DNA of 57,717 nucleotides, taken from Octopus bimaculoides (taxonomy: Eukaryota). The number at the start of each line of letters is the position of its first letter. Position 1 is the stretch's first letter. The position numbers and the translations under genes are program-made. Positions 37,850 to 50,031 of the stretch are shown piece after piece. Below the pieces are notes generated by a model that saw only the letters and a list, made by a program, of their open reading frames with translations, did no database searches and had not been told where the DNA came from. The stretch spans positions 13,056,777 to 13,114,493 of the forward strand of contig NC_068982.1 in the NCBI RefSeq assembly GCF_001194135.2. Reading direction: 5' to 3'.

Positions 37850-39000
37850 CTTCTGAAAGGAGAGAAGTGAACTAAATCTTACCTCATATCAAGTATTACA
37901 AGATCTTCTGGATATATCAGAAGTTCTCTCGATTGAAAATGGCAGAAGATGTGGCCCTGTCTGCTGCTTCTTTAAAACTGAAGACACAGACTGAAATGGT
38001 GAGACACCACTTATTATCCCTTTGTGCCTCAGTACCCGAATCAAATTTACACAAGAGGGACACCAAGAGACATAGGAAATGATGTCGATCCTTGGTTTGT
38101 TGTTACTTGTCTGTTGTTACTTGTCTGTTGTTACTTGTCTGTTGTAGAATGAGAGAATGGTTAAAGCAGAGTTAACAAAGGGGGACATGTAAAAAGGAGC
38201 ATCAAAATAGATTTACAGGTCCTAATGGGTCCAGAAGGTCACAGAGCTATACTGGAACTATGCTTTGCCAAAGGCAATGAAATAAAGAGTTTAAGAATAA
38301 TGATATAAGGCAAGAAAGCTTAGGTGCTACACGTGTCAGAGTAAAATATATCTTAGAGCTGAATGCCGAGAAGAACAGAAAAGACCAAGTAAAAGAAAAA
38401 GGGTGGTTAATGAAGATAATGGAAAAACAACAGTAAAAAGAGCAGAATCCTAGTTTTCAGAGTACCACCAGCCAAAACTCTTTCAGATGGAAAGAGAAAT
38501 ATTTTTATTGCCAGTATCAGAAATAGATAAGCAAACACCTTGTCCTTGAGCAGTGCCAATTTGTAGTACTACACCATCATCATTTGGTGAAGAAAAAATA
38601 ATAGTTGCAAACAAAAAAATCTGCAAATGGTTGGTGAGAACATAAAAGGTAAAAAGAGCACATGATTGCAAAAAGAGAAGATCTAACATAAACATCAAAA
38701 ACAACTGAGCAAGTGAAAAGAAAAACATTCCCTTCCAATTGACCATGAAATTCCTTCTCAAGAAAATAGCAAAGAAAATGAAAAGGATAAAGAAGAACTA
38801 AAATCCATCATTCCATGAAAATCAAACAAACAGTCAATAGACAAAATGTTATACATCTGTGGTGCCACAGACTTTCCAAAGAAGTTATAATGAAAGAAAA
38901 ACAGTTAGGTTCAGTATGTAAACAATATGCAGAAGACAGATTGTTAGTAAAATTAAAACTAAGACATTATATCAAACTTAAAAGAGAATACCCTTAAAAC
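37850..39000 (+). mobile_element. Heavily decayed non-LTR retrotransposon ORF1 with zinc knuckle
   Basis: 38325-38366 encodes CYTCQSKIYLRAEC (CX2CX4[H>Y]X4C), followed by a K/E-rich low-complexity region; A-rich sense strand with many stops. Boundaries are approximate. Confidence 0.55.
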
Positions 39001-39519
39001 ATCTCAAAAAATGCTCACTGATGCATTTGGTTGCACTCAAGTATAATTTTAGAAATGGGTATGTGACCAGAGTCATGGCTTTCCCTAAGTCAACCTAACT
39101 AGTAATTTTCTATGCTTATTTCCTTTAATTATACCTTGTTTTAATTATGGTGTTTTATTATACTCCTTTAATTATTTCTGTACAAAAATGTGTGTTTATA
39201 CATATATATATATATGTGTGTGTGTGTGTGTTTGCACATATATTTGTGTATCTGCATCTGTGTACCTTCAAAATTTTTGAAATGCCCTTCCGTATTTTTA
39301 TGCGATGACTCACACCATTCCATTTGTAGTTGGAAACATGTCTTTATTTCCTGCTCCATTTTATCTTTCCTTTCTTTGTAAACCCTCCATGAAAACCCCG
39401 TATTTACTGTATCTCTCCAAGCCCTTGTGGCTAATATATCAAAGATTATTACTACTACTATCATTATTATCATTATTATTAGTATTGTTGTTGTTGTTGT
39501 TATCATTACTATCAAGGCA

Positions 39520-39935
39520 CAAGCTGGCAGAATTGGTAGCAGCATTTCATCCGCCTTTACGTTCTGAGTTCAAATTCCACCGAGGTCAGTTTTGCCTTTC
39601 ATCCTTTCGAAGCCAATAAATTAAGTACCAGTGAAACATTGGGGTCGATGCAATCGACTAGTCCCCTCCCCCAAAATTTCAGGCCTTGTGCCTATAGTAT
39701 AAAGGATTATTATTATTGTCATTACTATTAAGGTGATGAGCTGGCAGTACAGTTAGTACATCTGGCAAAATGCTTAGATGCATTTCATCTGTCACTGCAT
39801 GCTGAGTTCAAATTCTTCTGAGGTCAGTTTGCCTTTCATCCTTTTAGAGTCGATAAAATAAATACCAGTTGACCACTCAGATCAATGTAATTGACTTAGC
39901 CTCTCCTCCGAAATTGCTGGCCTTGTGCCAAAGTT
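39520..39935 (+). mobile_element. Tandem pair of family C SINEs
   Basis: 39520-39705 and 39735-39935, each with a head GGC..AGCTGGCAG and a TTTGCCTTTCATCCTTT centre. Confidence 0.85.
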
Positions 39936-39959
39936 TGAAATCATTATTATCATTATTGC

Positions 39960-40007
<48 letters not shown>

Positions 40008-41415
40008 CATTATTATTATAATTATTATTATTATTAGTAGTAGCAGCAGCAGCAGTAATAGGGGAGCATATTCTGATGTGGTAGAGTGCTGCACAAAATG
40101 CTTTCAGGGATTTAATTATATTCATTCATGTTTTGACTTGAAATCCTACTGGCTGTGACCTAACACTTGTGACCTTCAGACTTTCAAGAGCTGATAAATT
40201 AAATACCAGTTATACTCTAAGAAACAAACCCATTTGAAAACAATTGCATTCCTCACAACAAATATGTGTGACTCAATGCCCAAGTGAGAAATCATAAATA
40301 TTATATAAGGAACTGTAAATGTGATTATTATTATTATTATTATTGTTAATATGGAAAACCTCTTCTTAGCTATCACTTTTGTAATTGCATTCCTCATTTT
40401 TTTACCTGTTATAAGCTGTAATTATATTCCATGTTCTCATATTCTTCATCCTTATATTTGATGAAACTGATGATATTGAAGTGCTTAGATTAATAATGAA
40501 TTTACATTGTGTAAATTATATGAATTAATCAGAAAACTAAATTTTGCTAATTGTGAAAGGCTTCAAGTAAGAAATATTTATGAAAAAAAAAAAGAAGAAG
40601 TAGATACTATGGATTTTAAGTAGTGCTAACCTTTTAGAATAAACAGTATGTATTAATTTATAATTAATATGCTACTTTCTCTGCTACTTAATTAGATTGC
40701 AGGTGGCAAAGAAGAGATATGAGAAGCCAATATTAGGATCACATGAGGTAATTTGGTTTCGTTTCAAAGTGTGTTAACAAAGATGAAACATTCCAAATAA
40801 CACAATAAATAAATAATTAAATAAATGAATAAATAAAACATAATGAAAATAAAAAAAAACATATTCCAGCTTTGAATAACTGATTATAGATTATAGAAAG
40901 ACTACAATTTGAATCAGCAACCAGCTCTGTCAACATTTTTTTTTTATACTTTACAGAATGTTAATTGATTTCTTATACAGTCATAATGCTTCAGACATAT
41001 AAGGGAGTGGAAATAAAATTAGTGACAGTTGTATTTGCTTTCTTCTTCTATAGAAGATACGAGCAATATAGATAAAGAGCAACAGATATAGGTTGGCAGT
41101 CTCAAAGTCTGATGGTGGGCTTGGTTCAAAGAGACTAATTCCCAGAGACTCACATGACAACCAACTGAAGCTATAGACCAGATATGAACAACCTTTTCCA
41201 AGAAGCAGGCCACATGAGACACGAGCTCATCTTCTGGCAGAGGCCACACTTAAAATACTTTGATGTAATTTTTCATCAGGTGTGCCACTCAGAAGGTCTT
41301 GTGGGTCACAGTATTCCTGTGACTGCAATGGACAGTTTAGGGGTTTTAACTGAATGTTCAAGAGTTTCTATTTTGTTGTCTTGAAACCAATGGTTTATGT
41401 TATTTCTTTTAATCT

Positions 41416-41794
41416 GGTGCATGGTTCAGCAGTTAGAGTGTCAGGTGCACAATGATGAGGTAGTGAGTTCGATTTCTGGACTCAGCTGTTGGTTGTGTTC
41501 TTGAGCAAGACACTTTATTTCACGTTGCTCCAGTTCACTCAGCTGTAGAAATGAGTTGCGATGTCACAGGTGTCAAGTTGTATTGACCCCTTTGCCTTTC
41601 CCTTGGAAAACATCAGTGGTGTGGAGAGGAGAGGCTAGGAGTACAGCAGAGTTCACCACCAGCCCTGCCAGAGTCTCGTGGAACTTTAGGTGTTTTCGCT
41701 CAATAAACACTCACAATGCCCGGTCTGGGAATGGAAACCGTGATCCTATGACAGTGAGTCTGCTGCCCTAACTACTGGGCCATTGTGCCTCCAC
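41416..41794. mobile_element. Fusion of a family D 5' half (+, 41416-41638) and a family E 5' half (-, 41639-41794)
   Basis: First part matches 12710-12910; second matches about 16655-16810, lacking the intervening 3' halves. Confidence 0.8.
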
Positions 41795-42529
41795 CCATAT
41801 CAACTAGAGTAGATGTGATGGGTTAATTTGTTGCCATTGTTTATATTTTTCATTAAGGCTGATATGCATATTTCCACTGGACAAACAACTGGAGAAAAGA
41901 AAATTATATTTTGGTATTTAAAGAGGTTTAAGGCAGAATTGTTAGAATAGCAGGCAAAATGATTAGTGGAATTTCATCCATCTTTTTGTTCTGTGTTTCT
42001 TTCAATTACTTTAAATATAACAAAGAATTTAGTAAAATAACTTAGTTATCAATAAGCTAGTGTTAGGAACATAAATTGTGACTAAGGTTTGGTGGAAGAT
42101 TTTAATTCAAAACTTATGAAAACAAGACATCTGTACTATAGAGCCAGAGGCAGTTTCAGGTGGGTTTGTATCAAATGGGTTAAACCTGACTTCACTTGCA
42201 CAAGCAAGCCGTTTCCAAGTCTCTGTCTTTCTATTTATGTGTCTTCATGTTGATACTTTTCAGCTTCATCTAGTAGTGACAATGGTTATGCTCCAACATA
42301 AGCAAGAAGTCTGGCAATTCTGTGGTTCATATAAAGACTCAAAATAAAGTAACTTACGAAACAAGTAAGCTTGTTTCAAGAAGACCATTTAGTCATAGAA
42401 TACATCTCATTGAATCTGTGCCAACTTGGGAAAAGTGGACATAAAGACAATGATAACACTATCAAAGATAACACAGCAATATGTCTGTTTGCTTAGAAAA
42501 AGACTTCATATTAAGTAAAATGTTTTTAT

Positions 42530-42691
42530 GTATCATCACCATCTTCATCATCATCATCATCATCGCCGTCGCCGTCGCCATCGTCGTCGTCATCATCATC
42601 ATCATCGTCATCGTCGTCGTCGTCATCATCATCGTCATCGTCATCATCATCATCATCATAATCGTCGTCATCATCGTCATCATCATCCTCA

Positions 42692-42722
<31 letters not shown>

Positions 42723-42900
42723 TTAATGTCCGTTTTCCATGTTGGCATGTTGGATGGTTTGACTGGAGCTAGTAAGTCGAGGAACCGCACTAGGTTCCAT
42801 AGTCAATTTCGGTTTGTTTTTTATGGTTGGCTGCCCTTCCTAACACCAACCACTACAGAGTGTACTGGGGGCTTTTTTTTACATGGCAGCACCACCAGTG
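42530..42900 (-). mobile_element. SINE B 3' end with tail expanded into a (CAT/CGT/CAC)n compound microsatellite
   Basis: Microsatellite 42530-42722 runs directly into TTTAATGTCCGTTTTCCATGTTGGCATG...GCCCTTCCTAACACCAACCACT. Confidence 0.8.
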
Positions 42901-42904
42901 CCTT

Positions 42905-43335
42905 TTTCGTGCCACCAGCACCATTGCTTTTTATGTGGAACCATCAACAATACCTTTTATATGGCACCATCACCATTGCTTTTTATGTGGAACCATCAAC
43001 AATACCTTTTATATGGCACCATCACCATTGCTTTTTATGTGGAACCATCAACAATACCTTTTATATGGCACCAGCACCATTGCTTTTTGTGTGGAACCAT
43101 CAACAATACCTTTTATATGGCACCATCACCNNNNNNNNNNNNNNNNNNNNNNNNNNNNNNNNNNNNGCACCATTGCTTTTTATGTGGAACCATCAACAAT
43201 ACCTTTTATATGGCACCATCACCATTGCTTTTTATGTGGAACCATCAACAATACCTTTTATATGGCACCAGCACCATTGCTTTTTGTGTGGAACCATCAA
43301 CAATACCTTTTATATGGCACCATCACCAGTGCTTT
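42905..43335. repeat. 52-bp minisatellite made of two related 26-bp halves
   Basis: Unit ATGGCACCATCACCATTGCTTTTTAT-GTGGAACCATCAACAATACCTTTTAT; at least 7 visible copies, with a gap inside the array. Confidence 0.95.
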
Positions 43336-43671
43336 TTATGTGGCATTATCATCTGTGCTTTTTAGGTGTTAGGGGAGGAAATATGTGTGGGACGGGGTGA
43401 AGGCTGATGGCACAAAACCCAATATAATCTACTACTTAATTCTGGAGAAAAACCAACAACTCATAAGCTAGCAATGGCCTAATTAATTCAGATATAGAAT
43501 TAGATCACCTTGAAACTAACAATATTATGCTCTGCTGAGGAGGATAGCAAAAGATACCATATAAAGTATTTATACATTCATTAACAAATAGATAATTGAT
43601 GCACTTCAACAATAGTCATTTTGTAATTAAAACTATTGGAAAACTCTTCAAATATAATATTCATTATTTCT

Positions 43672-43980
43672 ATCATCATCATCATCATCATCGTTTAACG
43701 TCCGCTTTCCATGCTAGCATGGGTTGGACGATTTGACTGAGGACTGGTGAAACCGGATGGCAACACCAGGCTCCAGTCTGATTTGGCAGAGTTTCTACAG
43801 CTGGATGCCCTTCCTAACGCCAACCACTCAGAGAGTGTAGTGGGTGCTTTTACGTGTCACCCGCACGAAAACGGCCACGCTCGAAATGGTGTCTTTTATG
43901 TGCCACCCGCACAAGCCAGTCCAGGGGCACTGGCAACGATCTCGCTCGAAAATCCTACGGGAGCCAGTCAGGCGGTACTG
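43672..43980 (-). mobile_element. Young SINE B copy (5'-truncated)
   Basis: Near-identical to 25394-25560 and 57498-57717; CpGs intact. Confidence 0.9.
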
Positions 43981-44207
43981 TCTGTATTACTGCTGTGAAA
44001 CCATGAATGTCAATTTTCATTTGTCTATATTATTGCAGGCTTTGTCTCTGAATAAGAACACTTATTACACAGAGAAGTATATTTGGTACAAATATCGGAA
44101 AAAATTATTAGTGTTTAATTTGGTATCTTATAGTACAGAGTTTACATGCTACTGTGAACAAATCTACTTTTAAGCTTCTCATGTATAATAAAATAGTTAA
44201 TGGCTGA

Positions 44208-44391
44208 GCAGTAAGAGGCTTGCTTCCCAACCACACGATTTTGAGTTCAGTTCCCCTGTGTGGCACCTTGAGCAAGTGTTTTTTTACTGTAGCTCTGAGC
44301 CAATCAAAGTCTTGTGAGTGGATTTGGGAGACTGAAACCAAAAGAAGTGTGTGTGTTGTGTGTGTGTGTTTGTGTTGTGTGTGTGTTTGTG

Positions 44392-44427
<36 letters not shown>

Positions 44428-45530
44428 TGCTCTGATCAATAAGTATCTGGACTGTTGCCATAGTAACAAAACTAAATCGTGCAGAGTAAAGCTGCTTGGC
44501 ACAGATTGAACTTTGCTGTGCATGCACACTAAGTTTTAACATTCTACCTCACTTCTGCTGTTTACAGCAGTGTTTGGAAGGAATGTGTGTAGTGTGTGAT
44601 CACTGCATTGACCATGACAGAGAAAGTTGAGTAGAGAATCTGCATCAAATTTTGCAAAAAGCTTGGTGATACCTGCTGAGAGACCTACACAAAGTTTTCA
44701 AAGAGTTTTCATCGTTCTTGACACAATCAAGGACATCTTGTGCAACTGAAACTCGAGTGTCTTTTTGTTCAGCTGAAAGCAATTTTGACAAGCGTCTCAT
44801 ACCCAAATCTTCAGGAATAATGGACTGAACTGAACTGCAACTAACCTGCACATCCTTTGATAACTTACAGATGGTGATTCGACGATTTCCCCTCACAGCT
44901 TCATGCACATCTGTGATATTTTTCTCAGTTCTGCTGGTTGCAGGTCTCCCAGAAAGTTTGTCAGTATCAACATTTTTTCGGCCCCCTTGGAAACACCTGA
45001 ACCGTTCATATACTTTTGAGCGGCTCATACACTCCTCTCTATACACTTTCTGAAACTTTATGTAGGCTTTCGAGCAGGTATCACCATGACAACTTCCTCT
45101 GTCATAATCAATATGATGATCACAGGCTACACACCTTCCTTCCAAGCACTGCTGTAAACAGCAGAAGTGAGCAATAACGTTAAAACTTAGTGCACATACA
45201 CAGTAAAGTTTAAGGCCAATTTGTGCCAAGCAGCTTCCCTCTGTATGCTTTAGCTTCGTTACTAGGGCAACAGTCCGGACACTTATTGATCAGACCTCAT
45301 ACACATATGTGAGTGTCTGTGTGTGTGTGTTCATTACCCTACATTGCTTGACAACAAGTGTTGGTTTGTTTAAATCCCCATAACTTAGCAGTTCGGCAAA
45401 ATAGACCAATAGAATAAATACCAGGCTTAAAAATCTATAAGCACTTGTGTTGATTTGTTCGACTAATATCCTTCATGGCAGTGCCTAGTGTTGTTGCAGT
45501 CCAGTGACTGAAAGAAGCAAAAGATGAAAT
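44208..45530 (+). mobile_element. SINE family A split by a mariner insertion in its internal microsatellite
   Basis: Head 44208-44424 and 3' half 45300-45530 are colinear with intact family A copies. Confidence 0.75.
44425..45299 (-). mobile_element. Fold-back (5'-5') mariner derivative carrying the transposase N-terminus
   Basis: Both ends carry TCTGATCAATAAGT(A/G)TC(T/C)GGACTGTTGCC. Minus ORF contains MSRSKVYERF..GRKNVDTDKLSGRPATSRTEKNI..RRITI..LGMRR (mariner HTH region). Plus arm encodes MTEKVE*RICIKFCKKLGDTC. Confidence 0.9.
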
Positions 45531-45720
45531 GATTCTTAAATAGAGTTAACCAAAATATATCCATTCTCTCACAAATATTCCTTCTCAAATCATAATTATT
45601 CTTGTAACAAATGGCATAATAGTTTTGTAAGGCCAAGGTGAAAAGCAATTCTCTTACAAAACCATTTTTTATTTCGATAAAATAGGGCAAAAAATTAGTG
45701 TAAATCAAATCAAATTTCAA

Positions 45721-46061
45721 TATCCTTTTCTACTCTAGGCACAAGGCCTGACATTTTGGGGGAGGGAGCTAGTCGATTTGATCGACCTCAGTATGCAACT
45801 GGTACTTAATTTATCGACCCCAAAAAGATGAAAGGCAAAGTCAACCAAGGCGGAATTTGAACTCAGAACATAGACAGGATACTGCTAAGCATTTTGCCTG
45901 GCATGCTAACATTTCTGCCAACTCACCACCTTGAATATTATTCGCTTCTACTCTAGGCATAAGGCCCGAAATTTTAGGGGAGCTGGCCAGTCGATTAGAT
46001 CGACCTCAGTACGCAACTGGTACCTAATTTACCGACCTCGAAAGGATGAAAGGCAAAGTCG
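45721..46061 (-). mobile_element. Tandem pair of family C SINEs
   Basis: 45721-45930 complete and 45938-46061 truncated; junction ACCTTGAATATTATTC. Confidence 0.9.
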
Positions 46062-46119
46062 TGAATTACCATCCTTTTTTCTCACTCATTAATGGTTTAC
46101 TATGGAGATTAACATGGCC

Positions 46120-46400
46120 ATACATACACACATGTATATACATACATACATATATACACACATACATATGTACATACATACATATATACATATATACATA
46201 CATGCATGCATGCATACATACATACATACATACATACATACACACATACACACATACATATATACATACACACATACCCACACACATACATACATATATA
46301 CATACATGCATGCATGCATGCATACATACATGCATCCATCCAACTATCCATCCATCCATACATACATACATACATACATACACACACACAGCTACCTATG
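46120..46400. repeat. (CATA)n/(CA)n/(CATG)n/(CATC)n compound microsatellite
   Basis: Visible tract. Confidence 0.95.
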
Positions 46401-47644
46401 CACATACAGGTATATGTTTACACATAAAAAAATTTGACTTCAGGAGCCAAATATGTTTCTTTATCCAGTCTAGAATAGCAGTCAAGATAATCAAAGCCAC
46501 TGTCATGAAAGAAAACAAAAAAGCAATTTTTAAAATAATTCTTTTTTTTTTTAATTTTGAAATTCAGTAACAAACAATACCAGTCTTTTTATATACTAAA
46601 CAAGATGTAAACAAGAATTATTTGTATTTCCTTACCATATCATTTGTTTTAGCTCTTTTTTATTTTAGGAAAATGCAATATATAACTATTTCAAATATAA
46701 AAAAGAAATTTCTATACAAAATACTTAATATACAATAAAATTTAATATTTTTCCTGCTCTCTGTTGGAAAAAAAGAGAGTATTCTATAATAGAAATTATC
46801 TAGAACCAGTATACTTCCCATCAGATGTAATTTCAGTAAAAGAGGAAAATTCTATGTAAAAACAAATAAAAATTGACATTGTTCATGTTATTGTTGTTGA
46901 TGGTGGTTCATAAATCCTCTTGGGGAATTTTCAAAAATAGATGACTTTTCTGTTGTCGAATTTTAGAAATAGATATTTCATGTAGCCAGAAAAATTATAG
47001 TTGTAATAATTTTTTTTCATTTGTATTTTTTTCTTTCCTCTTGTTTTATCAAATATTGCCAAAAGAAAAGACTTGTATTATACATATTCAATCAAAATTG
47101 TTTAGGATTTGCAATTCATTCATTATTTAATTAATTTACACATTGCATATGTCTTTTGAAATTTGAAAAAAAAAAACAAATTTCAAATACTCTTCATAGA
47201 TCCCTGAGGTTAGTCTGTTGCTTCATGTCCTGTTTAAAGTTACCTCTTCAAGAAAAAAGGAAAAAAAATCTATAAGGAATTTTTAAGATTGTAAATTCAA
47301 AAATTTGGTGAACATACCGAAACTTAAAATCTAAATTTTTCATACATTTAATTTAAAGAAAAATGGCAACAAGTAAACCTATATGGACAGATTGAATTTC
47401 ATTACTTGGAAGTCGCTTTGGAATACTAAAAATAATTTCCAGTGGTCTTGAAAAAGAAATTACAGCAAGAAGATCAGTCATGTACTATAAAAATGTTAGC
47501 TGAAATGAAAAAGGATAATAATGGTGTTTTTGTTTATGATGCATACATACACACACACACACATAAATACAAGCATGCCTACAAACATACACATTCACAC
47601 ATACATACATGCAGACTTACATACATATATGCATATATATCGAT

Positions 47645-47908
47645 ACCAGTGCTGCCTGACTGGCACCCATGCTGGTGGCAAGTGAGTGTAGTCGCTGCCA
47701 GTGCCATCTGACAGGCTCCCGTGCTGCTGGCACATAAAAAACACCCATTACACTCTTGGAGTGGTTGGCATTAGGAAGGGCGTCCAGCTGTAGAAACCTT
47801 GCTAGATCAGATCAGAGCCTGGTGCAGGCTTCTGACTGGCCAGTCCTCAGTCAAACTGTCCAACCCATCCATGCCAGCATGGAAAGATGGAAAGCAGACG
47901 TGAAACAA

Positions 47909-47964
<56 letters not shown>

Positions 47965-48878
47965 TTATATATATGACTATATGTGTGTGTGTATGTGTGT
48001 GTGCATGTATGTGCAAGAAAGAGAGAGAGAGATATCTGATAAAAGATTGTGATAACTTGCTTCATTTTATATTTCCAATTGTCTTAATTAGATGTAACCA
48101 TCTTCAGTTTTTACCCAGTTGATATATCTATTCTTTATGCTGGTTCTCAATAGCTAAATTATAATATTTAAAAAATCGTTGTATGACCTGGTTAAAGTTT
48201 AGATGTGAATTTCAGATAAATAAATTATGTTCCTGCTAATATATTTATGTACTCCCATAAATGACTTTCGCTAATGAAACAAAATGAAATGTCACACTCT
48301 GAAAGTCTTCATGTTGAATGTACGGTTGGAGTTGATGATTATTTTACAAGGCAGCTAATTCATTTCTGCTCAACTACACCAAAAAATAAAAAAGAGAAAC
48401 AGGAATTTAGCAGTAAATACTACTTAATCATTTTCCCCAGCTGGTAGATTGTTTTGAATTGTTAAAGCATGGGTGTTGGTGTCACATAGAATGCTCTAGT
48501 ACCAGTCTCACATAAAAGGCTCTGGTGCTGGTGTCACGTAAACAGCATCAGTGCTTGTGCCACATAAAAAGCTTCAATACTTCCTTATTTATTTCCATCG
48601 CTGGACTGGCTCCCGTGCCGGTAGCATCTAAAAAACACCCTTGAGCGTGGTCATTGCCAGAACCGCCTGACTAGCCCTTGTGCTGGTGGCATGTAAAAGC
48701 ACCCACTACACTCTCGGAGTGGTTGGCGTTAGGACGGGCATCCAGTTGTAGAAACTTTGCCAGATCAGTTTGAGCCTGGTGCAGCCTTCTGGCTCAACAG
48801 TCATCAATCAAACCATCCAACCCATGCCAGCATGAAAAGCGGATGTTAAACGACAATGATGATGATGATGATGATGAC
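47645..48878 (+). mobile_element. Two SINE B bodies and tails (47645-47910, 48470-48878)
   Basis: Internal GACTGGCTCCCGTGC..GTGGCA repeats; CACTACACTCT..GAGTGGTTGGC.TTAGGA.GGGC.TCCAG; (GAT)n or (AT)n tails. Confidence 0.8.
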
Positions 48879-49066
48879 AAATACAGGGGTTTTGGAAAAT
48901 CTTATTCAGTCCATTCATACGATATTGTAACATCTTTCACTCTCTTCACTTTCATCTTTGTAAACTCAACTTTCACACTTCCCCTTTTTCTTCCATTGTA
49001 ACCCCTTTGTGAAAATCTTATATTTCTTCAAGCCCTTGTGGCTAATGAAGGAGTGATAGATTACTA

Positions 49067-49146
49067 TTGGGTTGGTGCATAATTATTGTGGCCTTTTTCA
49101 ACAAATTTTATTCAGCAAAAACAATAACACTATTTAACAAAAACAT
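49067..49146 (+). mobile_element. Isolated arm of the 25660-type mariner MITE
   Basis: TA|TTGGGTTGGTGCATAATTATTGTGGCCTTTTTCAACAAATTTTATTCAGCAAAAACAATAAC. Confidence 0.85.
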
Positions 49147-49147
49147 T

Positions 49148-49290
49148 GTGTTGTCAGCTGAGCATGTTATATCTATAACCCAGCATCGTTCGCTTTCTCT
49201 CTCAATTAACACTATGTCTGGCTTCCTATTCTCTAACACATGGTCGCATTGAATCATAGGATCTTTGCATTATCATTTTCGATAATGCCT
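49148..49290 (-). mobile_element. R4/Dong-like non-LTR retrotransposon, restriction-like endonuclease fragment
   Basis: GIIENDNAKIL[del]MIQCDHVLENRKPDIVLIERESERCWVIDITCSADN contains the RLE motif (R/K)PD...ID. Confidence 0.85.
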
Positions 49291-49299
49291 TCTCTTTAC

Positions 49300-49763
49300 T
49301 CTTTACTCTCTTTTACTCTTTTACTTGTTTCAGTCATTTGACTGCGACCATGCTGGAGCACCGCCTTTAGTTGAGCAAATGGACCCCAGGACTTATTCCT
49401 TGTAAGCCTAGTACTTATTCTATCGGTCTCTTTTTGCCGAACGACTAAGTTATGGGGACGTAAACACACCAGCATTAGTTGTCAAGCGATGTTGGGGGGA
49501 CAAACACAGACACACAAACACACACAAATATATATACACACACACAAATATATATACACACACACAAATATATATACACACACACATATATATATATATA
49601 TACGACGGGCTTCTTTCAGTTTCCGTCTACCAAATCCACTCACAAGGCTTTGGTCAGCCTGAGTCTATAGGAGAAGACACTTGCCCAAAGTGCCACGCAG
49701 TGGGACTGAACCCGGAACCATGTGGTTGGTAAGCAAGCTACTTACCACACAGCCACTCCTGCA
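49300..49763 (-). mobile_element. SINE family A, full length, well preserved (reference copy)
   Basis: A-box TGGCTGTGTGG, B-box GGTTCAGTCCC, internal TA/TG microsatellite, and (TAAAAGAG)n tail. Confidence 0.9.
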
Positions 49764-49927
49764 TCTTCGATTATTATGATTATTATNNNNNNNNNNNNNN
49801 NNNNNNNNNNNNNNNNNNNNNNNNNNNNNNNNNNNNNNNNNNNNNNNNNNNNNNNNNNNNNNNNNNNNNNNNNNNNNNNNNNNNNNNNNNNNNNNNNNNN
49901 NNNNNNNNNNNNNNNNNNNNNNNNNNN

Positions 49928-50031
<104 letters not shown>

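Noticed and set aside
41054-41260. Strong acceptor followed by a frame interrupted only by TAG codons (possible A-to-I TAG>TGG read-through)
   Set aside because: The resulting peptide is unrecognisable, and two in-frame TAGs are expected by chance.
42905-43335. CRISPR-like regular array and a long periodic ORF (42528-43400)
   Set aside because: The units are contiguous with no unique spacers, the context is eukaryotic, and there is no cas gene. The 52-aa periodicity is just three 52-bp units.
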